64,000 nucleotides of DNA, taken from an uncultured archaeon. GTDB taxonomy: Archaea; Aenigmatarchaeota; Aenigmatarchaeia; QMZP01; JACQNV01. The notes beneath the pieces were generated by a model. It saw only the letters and a list, made by a program, of their open reading frames with translations. It did no database searches and was not told the DNA's origin. The stretch spans positions 536,454 through 600,453 of the forward strand of contig CAYPFW010000001.1 in assembly GCA_964410585.1 (NCBI GenBank). Reading direction: 5' to 3'. Of the stretch, positions 51,438-61,281 are shown piece after piece; position 1 is the stretch's first letter, and every line of letters starts with the position of its first letter. The translations under genes were made by a program, and so were the position numbers.

Positions 51438-52223
51438 TTAGCTTTTCGAAACAACTTCAAAACTAGTTTGTCCTAAACCATCTAAATATCCTTCTTTCAA
51501 TGCTTCTGCAGATATTTGGAAAGTTCCTGTTTTTGAATTTCCGCCTATTTTTTTCACCCACAAATAATCGCCTGTTGAATTTGTGGTAGAAGAGTTTGAA
51601 ACAACTGTACCGCTTGCGTATGTTAAATCAATGGAAACTGCAGCGCCTTCTACTGGATTTGAATTTTCTAAAACTTTGACATTTATTTCAACCTCGCTTC
51701 CCCTAAATATTGCTTGATTTTGAGTTGAAACAATAACAGTTAATTGTGCCTGTTGTTCGACACATGTTTGGGTTTCTATTGGTTTATTGGAATATGTTTC
51801 GCAATTGTTTTCATCTGAGCATGCTCTTCTTTGCTCTCCACTTTCACAAACAGACCAATCTGAACAAGACCAGTTTTCAGCACATTTTTCTATTGTTAAG
51901 TTTTCGTGGCCTTTACAACTTGGTTCACACCTTGAGCATACACCATTTGAGCAGGAATTTGTACAAGAGGAAACAACTCCATCTGGACAAGTTTTCTCTG
52001 AGTTTTTACACTTTACATCCTCGCACGGATTTTTTAGTTTGGGACTTTCCTGATTATTTTCAGTTAACCCCACTTCTGCTTGCTCTTCCATTTCAGGATC
52101 AATTGTCTCTCTTTCGGAATCTATATTTGAATTTGCAACAACATTTCCTGTTAGGCTAGGTAAAGCTGTATATGCAACATATCCTATAGCAACAATAAGT
52201 ACAACTAGAGCCAATCTATTCAT
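51438..52223 (-). CDS. Membrane-anchored Cys-rich protein with Ig-like C-terminus
   Basis: CAENWSCSDWSVC...C.DENNC (thrombospondin-like). Confidence 0.7.
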   Translation of the reverse strand: MNRLALVVLIVAIGYVAYTALPSLTGNVVANSNIDSERETIDPEMEEQAEVGLTENNQESPKLKNPCEDVKCKNSEKTCPDGVVSSCTNSCSNGVCSRCEPSCKGHENLTIEKCAENWSCSDWSVCESGEQRRACSDENNCETYSNKPIETQTCVEQQAQLTVIVSTQNQAIFRGSEVEINVKVLENSNPVEGAAVSIDLTYASGTVVSNSSTTNSTGDYLWVKKIGGNSKTGTFQISAEALKEGYLDGLGQTSFEVVSKS

Positions 52224-52272
52224 AGAATAGCTTTTAATTACTTGATTAATAAGTTTAGCTATTCTGCTTCTT

Positions 52273-52425
52273 GGACCCGTAGCTCAGCTGGACAGAGCGG
52301 CAGTTTCCTAAACGTATACCCTTCTTTCTTTCAAAAAGAAAGAAGCCTTATAACCCAAAAACGGTTTACAAAATAAGGAATATGGGGAATACTGCAGGCC
52401 GGGAGTTCAAATCTTCCCGGGTCCG
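52273..52425 (+). tRNA. tRNA-Arg(CCU) with a 79-nt intron (52312-52390, best fit at 38/39)
   Basis: GGACCCG/CGGGTCC acceptor stem, GCAGT/ACTGC anticodon stem, TTCAAAT loop; junction helix UCCU/GGGA. Confidence 0.9.
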
Positions 52426-52503
52426 CTTAACTTGAATTGTAGGTCTCCTCAGTCTTTGGAGAACCACTATTTTGCGGAGCAAAATTAGATAAATTTAGTT
52501 TCG

Positions 52504-52586
52504 TGGAAGGCGTAAAAATTTTTCGAAACGCAATGAGAAAAATTTTAGCCTCCTTTTTGGCTTAAGCCTTTTCTCAAAAAGGCTTA
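52504..52586 (+). repeat. Repeat family 1, copy 6
   Basis: GGAAGGCGTAAAAATTTTTCGA...GAGAAAAATTTTAGCCTCC then AAGCCTTTT-CTCA-AAAAGGCTT. Confidence 0.7.
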
Positions 52587-52672
52587 TAAGCTTGCACAAA
52601 GAATAATTTAGATTGCAGTTTATCGTTGTTTCAAAGCCGGCTGTTTGATAGACGATATTAAACTATTTCAAT

Positions 52673-53428
52673 ATGGGTAGAATTATTGTGGTTTCTTCTG
52701 GTAAAGGAGGAGTTGGAAAAACAACCCTTGTTTCAAATCTATCAACTGTATTAACTGGCCTTAACTATAATGTTGTTGCAGTTGATGCAAATTTAACTAC
52801 TCCTAATTTAGGGATCCAACTTGGCATTCCACTATATCCTGTCACAATCCAAAATGTGATAAACGGCGACGTGCGATTGAAGGATGCAACATACAGACAC
52901 AAAGCAGGATTTAAAATCGTCCCTGCAGATATCTCTTTCACAAACATGTCAAAAGCAAAAAGAGAAGACTTCATGAGCATTTTCTATGAGCTTGCAGACG
53001 AGTTTGATTTTGTCTTAATTGATTCGGCAGCTGGTTTGGGAAAAGAAGCAAGGATTGCAATAGAGGCTTCTGATGAATTGATAACTGTTGTAAACCCAGA
53101 GCTCCAATCGCTTATAGATGCATTGAAACTTGTTAGAATAGCAAAAAACAATCAAACAGAGCATCTAGGAATTGTTGTGAATAGGGTTGGTTATGATAAA
53201 ACAAGCGATGTAAAATTAAAAGAAATTGAAGAATTTTTGAATTCTCCTATAATCGGAAAAATACCAGAAGACAAAACAGTCAGAAGGGCATTGAAAAAGA
53301 AGGAGCCAGTAGTTACATTTAAACCTCACGCAAAAGCATCCCAAAGCATCAAACAACTAGCTTCTAAAATTGCAGGTGTTGAATACAAGAAAGCACCTTT
53401 CGGAAGAGTGTTTAGTTGGTTAAAGTAG
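52673..53428 (+). CDS. minD: MinD-family ATPase
   Basis: SGKGGVGKTT, DANLTTPNL, IDSAAGLG. Confidence 0.9.
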   Translation: MGRIIVVSSGKGGVGKTTLVSNLSTVLTGLNYNVVAVDANLTTPNLGIQLGIPLYPVTIQNVINGDVRLKDATYRHKAGFKIVPADISFTNMSKAKREDFMSIFYELADEFDFVLIDSAAGLGKEARIAIEASDELITVVNPELQSLIDALKLVRIAKNNQTEHLGIVVNRVGYDKTSDVKLKEIEEFLNSPIIGKIPEDKTVRRALKKKEPVVTFKPHAKASQSIKQLASKIAGVEYKKAPFGRVFSWLK

Positions 53429-53434
53429 CACATG

Positions 53435-53494
53435 ATCCTTTTTCTTTCAAAAAGAAAAAGACTAAGGCTCACCCCAAAAGAAACGGTTTACAAA
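53435..53494 (+). repeat. Repeat family 2 copy downstream of minD
   Basis: TTTTCTTTCAAAAAGAAAA...ACGGTTTACAAA shared with the tRNA intron. Confidence 0.65.
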
Positions 53495-53580
53495 CTATTT
53501 TTCGAAAACACACAGTTGTCTTCAGAAAAATATACATCTCTAAGCGATAAATTTAAAAGCTTTATACACCAAAATAGTCG

Positions 53581-53772
53581 ATGGTAGAAACAAACAGACT
53601 TCAAGTATATGTTGGAGAAGGCGTAGATACAAGAACAGGCAATAGAGTTACTAGCTGCTCCGGGCGAACAGATGGAACTTATTTTTATTTTGCAACACCT
53701 CAAACAGGACAAGAAGCAGTAAGGAGACTTAGACAAACAGCCGAAGCAATTTTGACAATTTATCAAAAATAG
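53581..53772 (+). CDS. Small hypothetical protein
   Basis: 63-aa ORF after a TTTAAAA box. Confidence 0.4.
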   Translation: MVETNRLQVYVGEGVDTRTGNRVTSCSGRTDGTYFYFATPQTGQEAVRRLRQTAEAILTIYQK

Positions 53773-53853
53773 AATGGAATTTATTCTTTTTGGAATATTT
53801 TTTTCAATTTAGTTTTAAAACTATCAAAACAATTTCTTCGATCGGAGGTTGTT

Positions 53854-55080
53854 ATGACAACTTATTTGTTTACTTCAGAATCAGTTTCCCCTGGACACCC
53901 TGACAAAGTGTGCGACCAGGTGTCAGATGCTATTGTAGATGCTGCTTTAGAACAGGATCCGAATTCCCGTGTAGCTGTTGAAACAGGCGTAAAAGCAGGC
54001 ATACATGATGATTCAACATATGCTCCTTTAGTTGCCAATTTTGGCGGGTCTGCTGCTGAGCAAATAAAGGATCATGGCACTATTGTTTTGTTAGGCGAAC
54101 TCACAACAAATGCTAAATTTGATCCAATAAAAATTGCAAAAAATGTTGTGAAAGAAATAGGATATAGAGAAGGTGACGGCTTTGACTCAAAATGTTTTGT
54201 GCTTCCTTTAATTGGCAGACAATCACCTGACATTGCACAGGGTGTAAATAAAAATGATATTGATTCGCAGGGGGCGGGTGATCAAGGTTTGATGTTTGGT
54301 TATGCAACAGACGAAACACCTGAATTCATGCCTCTTCCAATTTCTTTGGCAAACAAAATAATAAGAAGGTTGGCTGAAGTGAGGGAGAAAAATATTCTAT
54401 CATGGCTAAGGCCTGATGCAAAATCACAAGTCACTGTTCTATATGAAAATGGGGTCCCAAAAGAAGTCACTCATGTTGTGATTGCAGCCCAGCATTTGGA
54501 TTCTGTTTCAGACGATGAAATAAAGAAGGGAATAATGGAAGAGGTTATCAGGAAGGTTATCCCTCCTCAATATCTACAAAAAACAGTTTACCACATAAAT
54601 GGTACAGGACGATTTGTTATCGGTGGCCCAGTGGGCGATAGTGGTGTTACAGGAAGAAAAATTATTGTAGATACATATGGTGGAATGGGTAGGCATGGTG
54701 GTGGTGCATTTTCAGGTAAAGATCCATCAAAGGTTGATAGATCAGCATCATATGCAGCACGCTGGGCAGCTAAAAACGTCGTAGCAGCAGGACTTGCAAA
54801 AAGATGTGAAATACAAGTTGCTTATGTTATTGGAAAACCAGAACCTGTTTCTTTGAAAGTAGATACACATGGAACAGGCAAGCTTCCAGATGAGAAGTTA
54901 GCTGAAATTGTAAAGCAAGTTTTTCCTTGGAGGCCCGGAAGAATCATAGAAAGTTTGCACTTAGTTGGTCCGCAAAAACCAAAATATTTGGAAACAGCAA
55001 AATTCGGCCACTTTGGAGTCAACGGTTTTAGTTGGGAAAAACTAGACAAAGTAGATGAATTGAAGAAATTTCTAAAATAA
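53854..55080 (+). CDS. metK: S-adenosylmethionine synthetase, bacterial/eukaryal type
   Basis: [28 protein letters not shown]; GGAGGT RBS. Confidence 0.97.
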   Translation: MTTYLFTSESVSPGHPDKVCDQVSDAIVDAALEQDPNSRVAVETGVKAGIHDDSTYAPLVANFGGSAAEQIKDHGTIVLLGELTTNAKFDPIKIAKNVVKEIGYREGDGFDSKCFVLPLIGRQSPDIAQGVNKNDIDSQGAGDQGLMFGYATDETPEFMPLPISLANKIIRRLAEVREKNILSWLRPDAKSQVTVLYENGVPKEVTHVVIAAQHLDSVSDDEIKKGIMEEVIRKVIPPQYLQKTVYHINGTGRFVIGGPVGDSGVTGRKIIVDTYGGMGRHGGGAFSGKDPSKVDRSASYAARWAAKNVVAAGLAKRCEIQVAYVIGKPEPVSLKVDTHGTGKLPDEKLAEIVKQVFPWRPGRIIESLHLVGPQKPKYLETAKFGHFGVNGFSWEKLDKVDELKKFLK

Positions 55081-55096
55081 GCTTTCAACATCAATT

Positions 55097-56089
55097 TCAA
55101 AACCACAAAACTTTCCAACTTCTTTTTTCTTTTAAGTTTAGCCAACCCCTAACCAAAAAATAAATAATTACTATACTTATAATCGATAGCGCAAGACTCA
55201 TATAAAAACCAAAGATGCTGTTAAAACCCAACACAACAGAAGGCTTATAGATGAATAAAAAATGGAGAAGATACCCTAAAAACGCTCCTTTGCCCAAAGT
55301 TTTGAGAGGCTTAAACAGAATAAAGTTTTTGTCTTTTCTTATAATAAAATCTACAACAGCTAAAATTATAAATGAAATGCTGATATAAAAAATCATATAA
55401 GTTAGAGACCTACTGTAGTAATTTATACCAAAACCCAGAAAATGCAGAAGTAGACTTAAAATAAAAATGAAAACACCAAAACCTGCCAATATTTTTATTT
55501 TTTTGTTTAGAAAGAATGTACAAGCTATTATTCCCACCAAAATAAAAGGAAGAATACTTATTATAGAAAAATATCCCCTAAATAGAAAATTTGTTATAAA
55601 TCCTAGAAACCCATCAACTGGGAATTGATAAGTAAAATTTATTATTGTTTGTTGAAACACTATAAGAACTCCTGAAATTAAGCCTAAAACCACCTTTGAT
55701 TTTGTTAATAATAGCAAACTAAAAGCAACTATTCCACTCAAACCTATTCCTTGAACAACTTCTTCCCAACCAAAAAATATGGGAAAACCAAAAACAAATG
55801 TTGTAAACAAAAAACTAATTAAAACATAGCCACCGTATCTTTTTAACCCATATTTTAGCGAAGCTAATTTATTTGAGTCTCTTCGAGTTGCAGAAAAATA
55901 AACACCAAATCCTGCTATAAAAGCAAACAGACCAACACCTACACCATTTATAGGCATGTTGAATGGCTGAAAGTAGTAAGGCACATCTGTGTAAATATTT
56001 CCAATTAGGAAGAAATCCAATATCTGCCAAAATATCATTTGCAACAAAGCTATGCCTCTGAAGACGTCAACTGAAGCAATTCTGTTCAT
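55097..56089 (-). CDS. HGSNAT/DUF1624-like membrane acyltransferase
   Basis: RIASVDVFRG; many TM helices. Confidence 0.7.
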   Translation of the reverse strand: MNRIASVDVFRGIALLQMIFWQILDFFLIGNIYTDVPYYFQPFNMPINGVGVGLFAFIAGFGVYFSATRRDSNKLASLKYGLKRYGGYVLISFLFTTFVFGFPIFFGWEEVVQGIGLSGIVAFSLLLLTKSKVVLGLISGVLIVFQQTIINFTYQFPVDGFLGFITNFLFRGYFSIISILPFILVGIIACTFFLNKKIKILAGFGVFIFILSLLLHFLGFGINYYSRSLTYMIFYISISFIILAVVDFIIRKDKNFILFKPLKTLGKGAFLGYLLHFLFIYKPSVVLGFNSIFGFYMSLALSIISIVIIYFLVRGWLNLKEKRSWKVLWF

Positions 56090-56094
56090 ATATG

Positions 56095-56400
56095 CTATTG
56101 CTTTCTATGTTTTATACTACCAAAACAACATGCTAGAAGATAGCTAATAATAACAACTATTAGAATTTCTATTGGAAAAGATGTGTCAAATCCAAATATT
56201 TCTGTGGTGCTTTCCGAAATATCATCGTTTAATAACAGAGAACAAAGTCTCCAACTTTCTGAACTAGATCCTTCCGGATTTCCAAAAGAGAAGTAGGTGA
56301 TCTTACAAGGCAAGGAAGGTATAAAAGAGAAAATTAAAATCAGAACTACAAATATCAAAATCTTCCATTTATTTGGTTTCAAAAAGGATTTGATTTTCAT
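56095..56400 (-). CDS. Small membrane protein
   Basis: FLKPNKWK; two TM helices. Confidence 0.6.
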   Translation of the reverse strand: MKIKSFLKPNKWKILIFVVLILIFSFIPSLPCKITYFSFGNPEGSSSESWRLCSLLLNDDISESTTEIFGFDTSFPIEILIVVIISYLLACCFGSIKHRKQ

Positions 56401-56461
56401 ATACTTACCTTTTTCATAAAAACCATCTTCACAATATTCTATATTTGTATAATCGTATTTA

Positions 56462-58120
56462 TTATTTACTTAGCTCTTCAATGTCTAGCTCGAATCCAAC
56501 AACAGCTTTTTCCAAATTCCAATTGTTGAGAACTTGTGGATTAATTTCACCTATTAAACCAATTGTTTTTCCCACAACAACAATTTCTGCAGATCTTCCT
56601 GGGATAAAAGTAGGATGATTTGTTTTTTTCAAAATTAGTTTTTGTCCCAAATTCGAAAAGAAAGCAGATAAAATTGAAGAGGCATCTTCATATCCTATTT
56701 GTGTGTCTGTCAAAACAACAGCAAGCCTTCTCTTGTTTGAGACACCTGTTTCCTTGTTCAGCTGATCAAATAAAACAACATCTCCAACCTCAAATATTTT
56801 CTGTGGGTATTCTTGATTCTTGTTGAAAACCAAAAATTCCAAAAGGTTTGGTAAAAGTTTGTCTCTGAAAACAGACCAATTTGCGCTCACTGGATTTTCT
56901 ATTTCAATGATTTTACCTTCAGGCAAATTCATTTTTTTGAACATTGCTTCTTTGTTTGTCAAAACAAATGTTAAAACTTCCTGCAAGCCCAAACCAACAC
57001 AAACTTCCCTCAAAACATTTGTAAAATCCTCCAGTCTATCCCTAGAACCAACTGTCGGCAAAGTTGGTATTTGAGGCTCAATATCATTGTATCCAAAACC
57101 AATAGCTACATCTTCAACAAGATCTCTTTGATGCATAATATCCTGCCTATATGCTGGATATTCAACATGGATTTTTTTCTGATCTAGTTTTGCTGAGTAT
57201 CTTCCTTCTTTCAAGAGTTTTATCATTTCTGTGTCTGAGATTTCTAAACCAAGAATTTTCCTGCAGTATTCAGGATCTAAATGCGCTTTTTTTGGAGTAA
57301 GGTTTGGTGTGGAAAGTTTCTTATCTTTATATACAATCTCAACCTCTTCTATTTGTCCTCCTCTTTCAACTAGAGCAGAAGCCAAAACATTGATTACTGT
57401 GTGGAGGCTTTTCAAATCATCACCTGTGCACTCCAAGAAAATATCTTTTGTTTCTGTTGTGACATTTCCGGCTTCATTTGAATTTGTTATCGGTTCTAAT
57501 GCTAGAATTTTTCCATCTGCGTCTACCCAACAATTGAATTCTTTTAACCCATCTAACAAATAACCGTATTGTTTTCCCTTGTCGTGGTTTTGAAGAATTT
57601 CTTTTGCAGTCATTTCTTTATCAAAGCCCAAAGGCTTGAATTTTATCTCTTCAGGTTTTTTTCCGACATATTTTACTGGAAATTTTATTTTACTCAAATC
57701 ATATGCACCCATTGACATTGCCTTTCTGTTTCTTCCAAATGTTCCGCCAACTTTTTCCTGTAGCTGAATCATTTGAGACAAAACATATTGGTCTATTTTC
57801 ACATTTCTCACAACAGCAGCTGTGACTAAAGGATGAAAATCATCAGGTGATTCGACTACAGCTTTCCAGCTTGCTTTTTTCACAGAATATTTTGGCAAGC
57901 CTTCTTCTATTTTCAGGTGTCCTTTAAGCTCGCGCGCAATTCCTTCAACAGACCATAAGTCAGGACGGTTTGTATCTTTTACATCGACTTTTAGAGTATC
58001 TCCATCTTCACCATCTAACTCTGTCTTCGCAAACAAGAGAGCATCTTCTAACTCTTTTATTGTAAACTTCTTCCTAACCAACTTCTCTAGATCCTGTTTG
58101 CTTATGTCGAATTTTGGCAT
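56462..58120 (-). CDS. pheT: Phenylalanyl-tRNA synthetase beta subunit (archaeal type)
   Basis: NRPDLWSVEG, YRQDIMHQRDLVEDVAI, IPGRSA. Confidence 0.95.
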   Translation of the reverse strand: MPKFDISKQDLEKLVRKKFTIKELEDALLFAKTELDGEDGDTLKVDVKDTNRPDLWSVEGIARELKGHLKIEEGLPKYSVKKASWKAVVESPDDFHPLVTAAVVRNVKIDQYVLSQMIQLQEKVGGTFGRNRKAMSMGAYDLSKIKFPVKYVGKKPEEIKFKPLGFDKEMTAKEILQNHDKGKQYGYLLDGLKEFNCWVDADGKILALEPITNSNEAGNVTTETKDIFLECTGDDLKSLHTVINVLASALVERGGQIEEVEIVYKDKKLSTPNLTPKKAHLDPEYCRKILGLEISDTEMIKLLKEGRYSAKLDQKKIHVEYPAYRQDIMHQRDLVEDVAIGFGYNDIEPQIPTLPTVGSRDRLEDFTNVLREVCVGLGLQEVLTFVLTNKEAMFKKMNLPEGKIIEIENPVSANWSVFRDKLLPNLLEFLVFNKNQEYPQKIFEVGDVVLFDQLNKETGVSNKRRLAVVLTDTQIGYEDASSILSAFFSNLGQKLILKKTNHPTFIPGRSAEIVVVGKTIGLIGEINPQVLNNWNLEKAVVGFELDIEELSK

Positions 58121-58163
58121 ACTTCACCACTGTAAATTTTAGTTTATATGTGTCAACTTTAGT

Positions 58164-58430
58164 TTACATACATTTTTTCTTTTGTTGTCTCTGTTCTAGA
58201 CTTATTTTTGTATAGACTGCTGCCTGCAAATCTTCAAAGAATCCATTAATAGTAGAAGAAAGCGTATGATCTCTGAACTTTTTAGGCAGCTTTGACAATC
58301 TAGGGATTTCTTTTATAATTGGTAGTTTGTTAACCATCTTCAATCTTTCCAAATGATCTCCCTCCAACCAATCCTTCCAAAATTTTATTTCATAGTCAGG
58401 ATCGTCATTTTTAAAATTTTTTGATTTCAT
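58164..58430 (-). CDS. Hypothetical protein
   Basis: 88-aa ORF starting 3 nt after the LAGLIDADG stop. Confidence 0.5.
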   Translation of the reverse strand: MKSKNFKNDDPDYEIKFWKDWLEGDHLERLKMVNKLPIIKEIPRLSKLPKKFRDHTLSSTINGFFEDLQAAVYTKISLEQRQQKKKCM

Positions 58431-58433
58431 AAA

Positions 58434-59429
58434 TTATCTTTCAAATTCAGCTTTGCACATAGGACATTTATATCTGTTATATCTTTTATCCTTATATTTT
58501 GAATAGCCATTTTTCCATACACTCTTATTGCCACATTTTACACAAGATAAGTCAATTGTTCCTAAAGTTTGCCTTTTAAGGAGCTTGTTTTTCTGATTTT
58601 GTTTATAGTAATTTATAATTTTATTCATTGCCTCGATTTTTTCATCGTGTTTTGAAAGCGGTAATAGGGTTTCTGCTAGACGAACAACGTGTTTGTGCGA
58701 CATTATCATGACTCTATACATATCAAAATTGTGTAATAGACCAGATTCTCTTTTTGTATTTGCCTTTTCTACTTGATAGAGGTGCGAATTGAAACCAAAT
58801 TCTTTTAAATTTTTGTGTATTTGTTCTAAAACATTTTTGTCGCATGTACCCAAACTAAAAACTAGATCTTTCCAATTTCCTTTGTATTTTTTATGCTGAG
58901 TCATTATCCAACTACCCTCAGAATCTGAATATCCCGACAAAAAATAAAAGAAACATTTCTCGTCATCCAAAATCCATTGTGGTATAGATGGCGGCTTTTC
59001 AATAATAAAATTAAAAGATCCATCAAGATAAACATAAATTCTATTAGTCCTCTCAGTTAAACCTCCTTTCTTTTCATAGCATTTAGTTGGCGCATACTTT
59101 TCAAATGCCTCTCTAAACATCTTTAGCTGAGCTTCGTGTGTAGATGTTGTTTCTACTTGTATCAGTTTACAATCCTTGCGTGCATGCAAATCTCCAGTTC
59201 TTAAACCTAGCAAATAAGCCTTTTCTTCTAAATTTCCAGAAAATTCAATTCTTATGTAATTTCTCCTATCAGAGGGTCTTCTCTTTATTGCAAATTTATC
59301 CATATGATGAATAACGGCATTCTTTGATTTCATTCCAAATACTTTTCCTATTTGAGAAAGTGACAATCCTCGATTCCAATAAAGGTCTTCTAACAGCTCT
59401 TTTGATATTTGATTTTTGTTCAACTCCAT
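58434..59429 (-). CDS. LAGLIDADG endonuclease-like protein with N-terminal HTH and C-terminal zinc ribbon
   Basis: AYLLGLRTGD, FLSGYSDSEG; LYWNRGLSLSQIG; CVKC..KNG..RYKCPMC. Confidence 0.85.
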   Translation of the reverse strand: MELNKNQISKELLEDLYWNRGLSLSQIGKVFGMKSKNAVIHHMDKFAIKRRPSDRRNYIRIEFSGNLEEKAYLLGLRTGDLHARKDCKLIQVETTSTHEAQLKMFREAFEKYAPTKCYEKKGGLTERTNRIYVYLDGSFNFIIEKPPSIPQWILDDEKCFFYFLSGYSDSEGSWIMTQHKKYKGNWKDLVFSLGTCDKNVLEQIHKNLKEFGFNSHLYQVEKANTKRESGLLHNFDMYRVMIMSHKHVVRLAETLLPLSKHDEKIEAMNKIINYYKQNQKNKLLKRQTLGTIDLSCVKCGNKSVWKNGYSKYKDKRYNRYKCPMCKAEFER

Positions 59430-59833
59430 ATTATACTCTCTCCTTTATGCGATTATAAACCTAACCGAAGGGGCTTTCCAGTTTTCCAGAAAGCTAAAAA
59501 TATTCCCTATAAATCCAAATTTCTCTATCTGTAAGATCTTCGTCTAGTTCAATCAATTTTTGAACTCTTTTAATTTCTGAAAAACTTGGCTTTTGAATTT
59601 CCATAAAACTTCCTCCTTTGGCTAACAATCCCTTAAGAGACTTCAGCCCTTTATTCATTTACCATTTTCATGGGGCAGAGAGGGGTAGAAGAAGTGGAAA
59701 CTCTCGAGACCCCTTCTTAATTGGAAGCGGAGGTTGAGACAACAAAAAGAAAAAGCGAAACCCAAAACCATTAAATGCCTAGCTGAGCGAGAGCGAAGCG
59801 GCTTTTATGGTTTTGAGCTCCCGAAGGAGTTTA
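59422..59833. repeat. Conserved structured leader, copy B
   Basis: Homologous to 48190-48658; distal end overlaps the RT stop codon. Confidence 0.9.
59494..59604 (-). CDS. 36-aa micro-protein MEIQKPSFSEIKRVQKLIELDEDLTDREIWIYREYF
   Basis: GGAGG RBS; homolog of 48315-48434. Confidence 0.7.
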   Translation of the reverse strand: MEIQKPSFSEIKRVQKLIELDEDLTDREIWIYREYF

Positions 59834-60872
59834 TCTTACTCATGATTTTTTGTCTAAGTGCATAGGTATCCGCTTGCTGCGCATATCCAAACCAACTAAC
59901 ACAACTTCTTTGAATATCTTCTTTAGTTATTTTGCCCTCTCTATATTTCTGTTCAAACTGTTCTATTCTACATTCCATTTTTCTTATATTTCTTTTATTC
60001 AGAAGCTTGTAGTTGTAGAAAATCCTAAAACCAAGAAATTTGACCCCTTTATGCAAAGGATAAATCTTGGATTTTTCCAGGTGTAATTGCAGATTTATTG
60101 TTTTTAGAAATTCGTTTATCTGAATCTTAACTCTTTCTAATTTTTCTTTTGATTTGTCCAACAAAACAAAATCATCAACATATCTAATATAGAATTTGAC
60201 TTCCAGTTTTTGTTTTACAAAATAATCCAATTCATTCAAATACAAATTGGCGAAAAATTGGCTTGTTAAGTTTCCAATAGGCATGCCTTTGCCTGTTTCC
60301 TGTATTTTGTGATTGTCCAATATTTTCTGTATTAAGTCTAAAACTTTCTCGTCCTTTATTTTCCTTTTTATACAATACATCAAAACCTGATGATCAACTG
60401 TATCAAAGAAGTGTTCGATGTCTGCTTTCAGGACATAGCCAATAACCATGTTGTTATCTAGCGGTTTATTTAACAACCTTCCATTTTCTGAAACTTTCTT
60501 TTTGAAAACATCAAATCTTTCAACTGCTTTGCTTGAGCCTTTATTTATTTGGTTTGCATGTGAGTCATAGATGAAACTTTTCTCAAAAATTGTTTGGATA
60601 ATATTGCAAAGAGCATGGTATACAACTCTATCCCTAAAATCAGAAGCAGATATTAATCTTGTTTTTGGGTCTCGGATAACAAACTGTTTGAGCTGTCTTG
60701 GTTTGTATGTTCCTGTTTCCAATTCATGTTTGAGCTGTAATAAATTTCTTTCCAAATCAAACTCAAAATCTTGGACTGATTTTTTGTCTCTTTTGCCTTT
60801 CCTTGCTTTCTTGAAGGCGAGTTCCAAATTCTTGAATGAGTAAATCTCTTTGTAAAGATTTGTGTAAAACAT
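59805..60872 (-). CDS. DGR reverse transcriptase
   Basis: FRDRVV, GMPIGNLTSQFFANLYL, YIRYVDD, FLGF. Confidence 0.95.
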   Translation of the reverse strand: MFYTNLYKEIYSFKNLELAFKKARKGKRDKKSVQDFEFDLERNLLQLKHELETGTYKPRQLKQFVIRDPKTRLISASDFRDRVVYHALCNIIQTIFEKSFIYDSHANQINKGSSKAVERFDVFKKKVSENGRLLNKPLDNNMVIGYVLKADIEHFFDTVDHQVLMYCIKRKIKDEKVLDLIQKILDNHKIQETGKGMPIGNLTSQFFANLYLNELDYFVKQKLEVKFYIRYVDDFVLLDKSKEKLERVKIQINEFLKTINLQLHLEKSKIYPLHKGVKFLGFRIFYNYKLLNKRNIRKMECRIEQFEQKYREGKITKEDIQRSCVSWFGYAQQADTYALRQKIMSKINSFGSSKP

Positions 60873-61281
60873 AGCTTTGTGAACTCAACACTGTAGACTG
60901 AAGACTCAGAACCACTTCTTGAGCGAACCCCCCCCCCCGATTAGCCAATTCACCAACGTCTTGTGTTTTGGGTTCTGAGACTAGCAAGTTTGAAACATCA
61001 TTTAACAAAGAGCTTACAAACTCATATTGCCTAAAATTTAAATAAGACAAATCCTTGCAAAGCCTAAAAAGGATTTGCAGTTTCTGTATTTCGTTCAGGA
61101 TTTTCTTTCTGTAGTCTCTTGTATCTTTTTCGCTCAAATCAATTATCATCTCAAGAATACGTATAGAAGTCACTTCTATCCTTTGCGAAAGAGTTTTCTG
61201 GCTTTTTGGAAATTTTGATAAAGTTGGATAAACCCATTTCTCTAAATCATACATTTTCTGGAACAAAATTTTATAGGACAT
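60763..61281 (-). CDS. avd: DGR accessory variability determinant (Avd, four-helix bundle) with read-through tail
   Basis: KFPKSQK..L..RI, LQILFRLCKDL.YL; lies between TR and RT. Confidence 0.85.
   Translation of the reverse strand: MSYKILFQKMYDLEKWVYPTLSKFPKSQKTLSQRIEVTSIRILEMIIDLSEKDTRDYRKKILNEIQKLQILFRLCKDLSYLNFRQYEFVSSLLNDVSNLLVSEPKTQDVGELANRGGGFAQEVVLSLQSTVLSSQSYVLHKSLQRDLLIQEFGTRLQESKERQKRQKISPRF

Noticed and set aside
47366-59429. The two LAGLIDADG ORFs as inteins or intron-encoded proteins
   Set aside because: Each has its own RBS and ATG, no intein termini, and no interrupted host gene
59805-60872. RT as a group II intron maturase or retron
   Set aside because: Avd and an adenine-specific TR/VR pair identify a DGR; no intron domain V or endonuclease domain seen
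60870-60930. BHB intron or frameshift fusing Avd to RT
   Set aside because: No well-formed BHB; the best candidate removes 38 nt, which is the wrong frame, and two TGA codons block the RT frame
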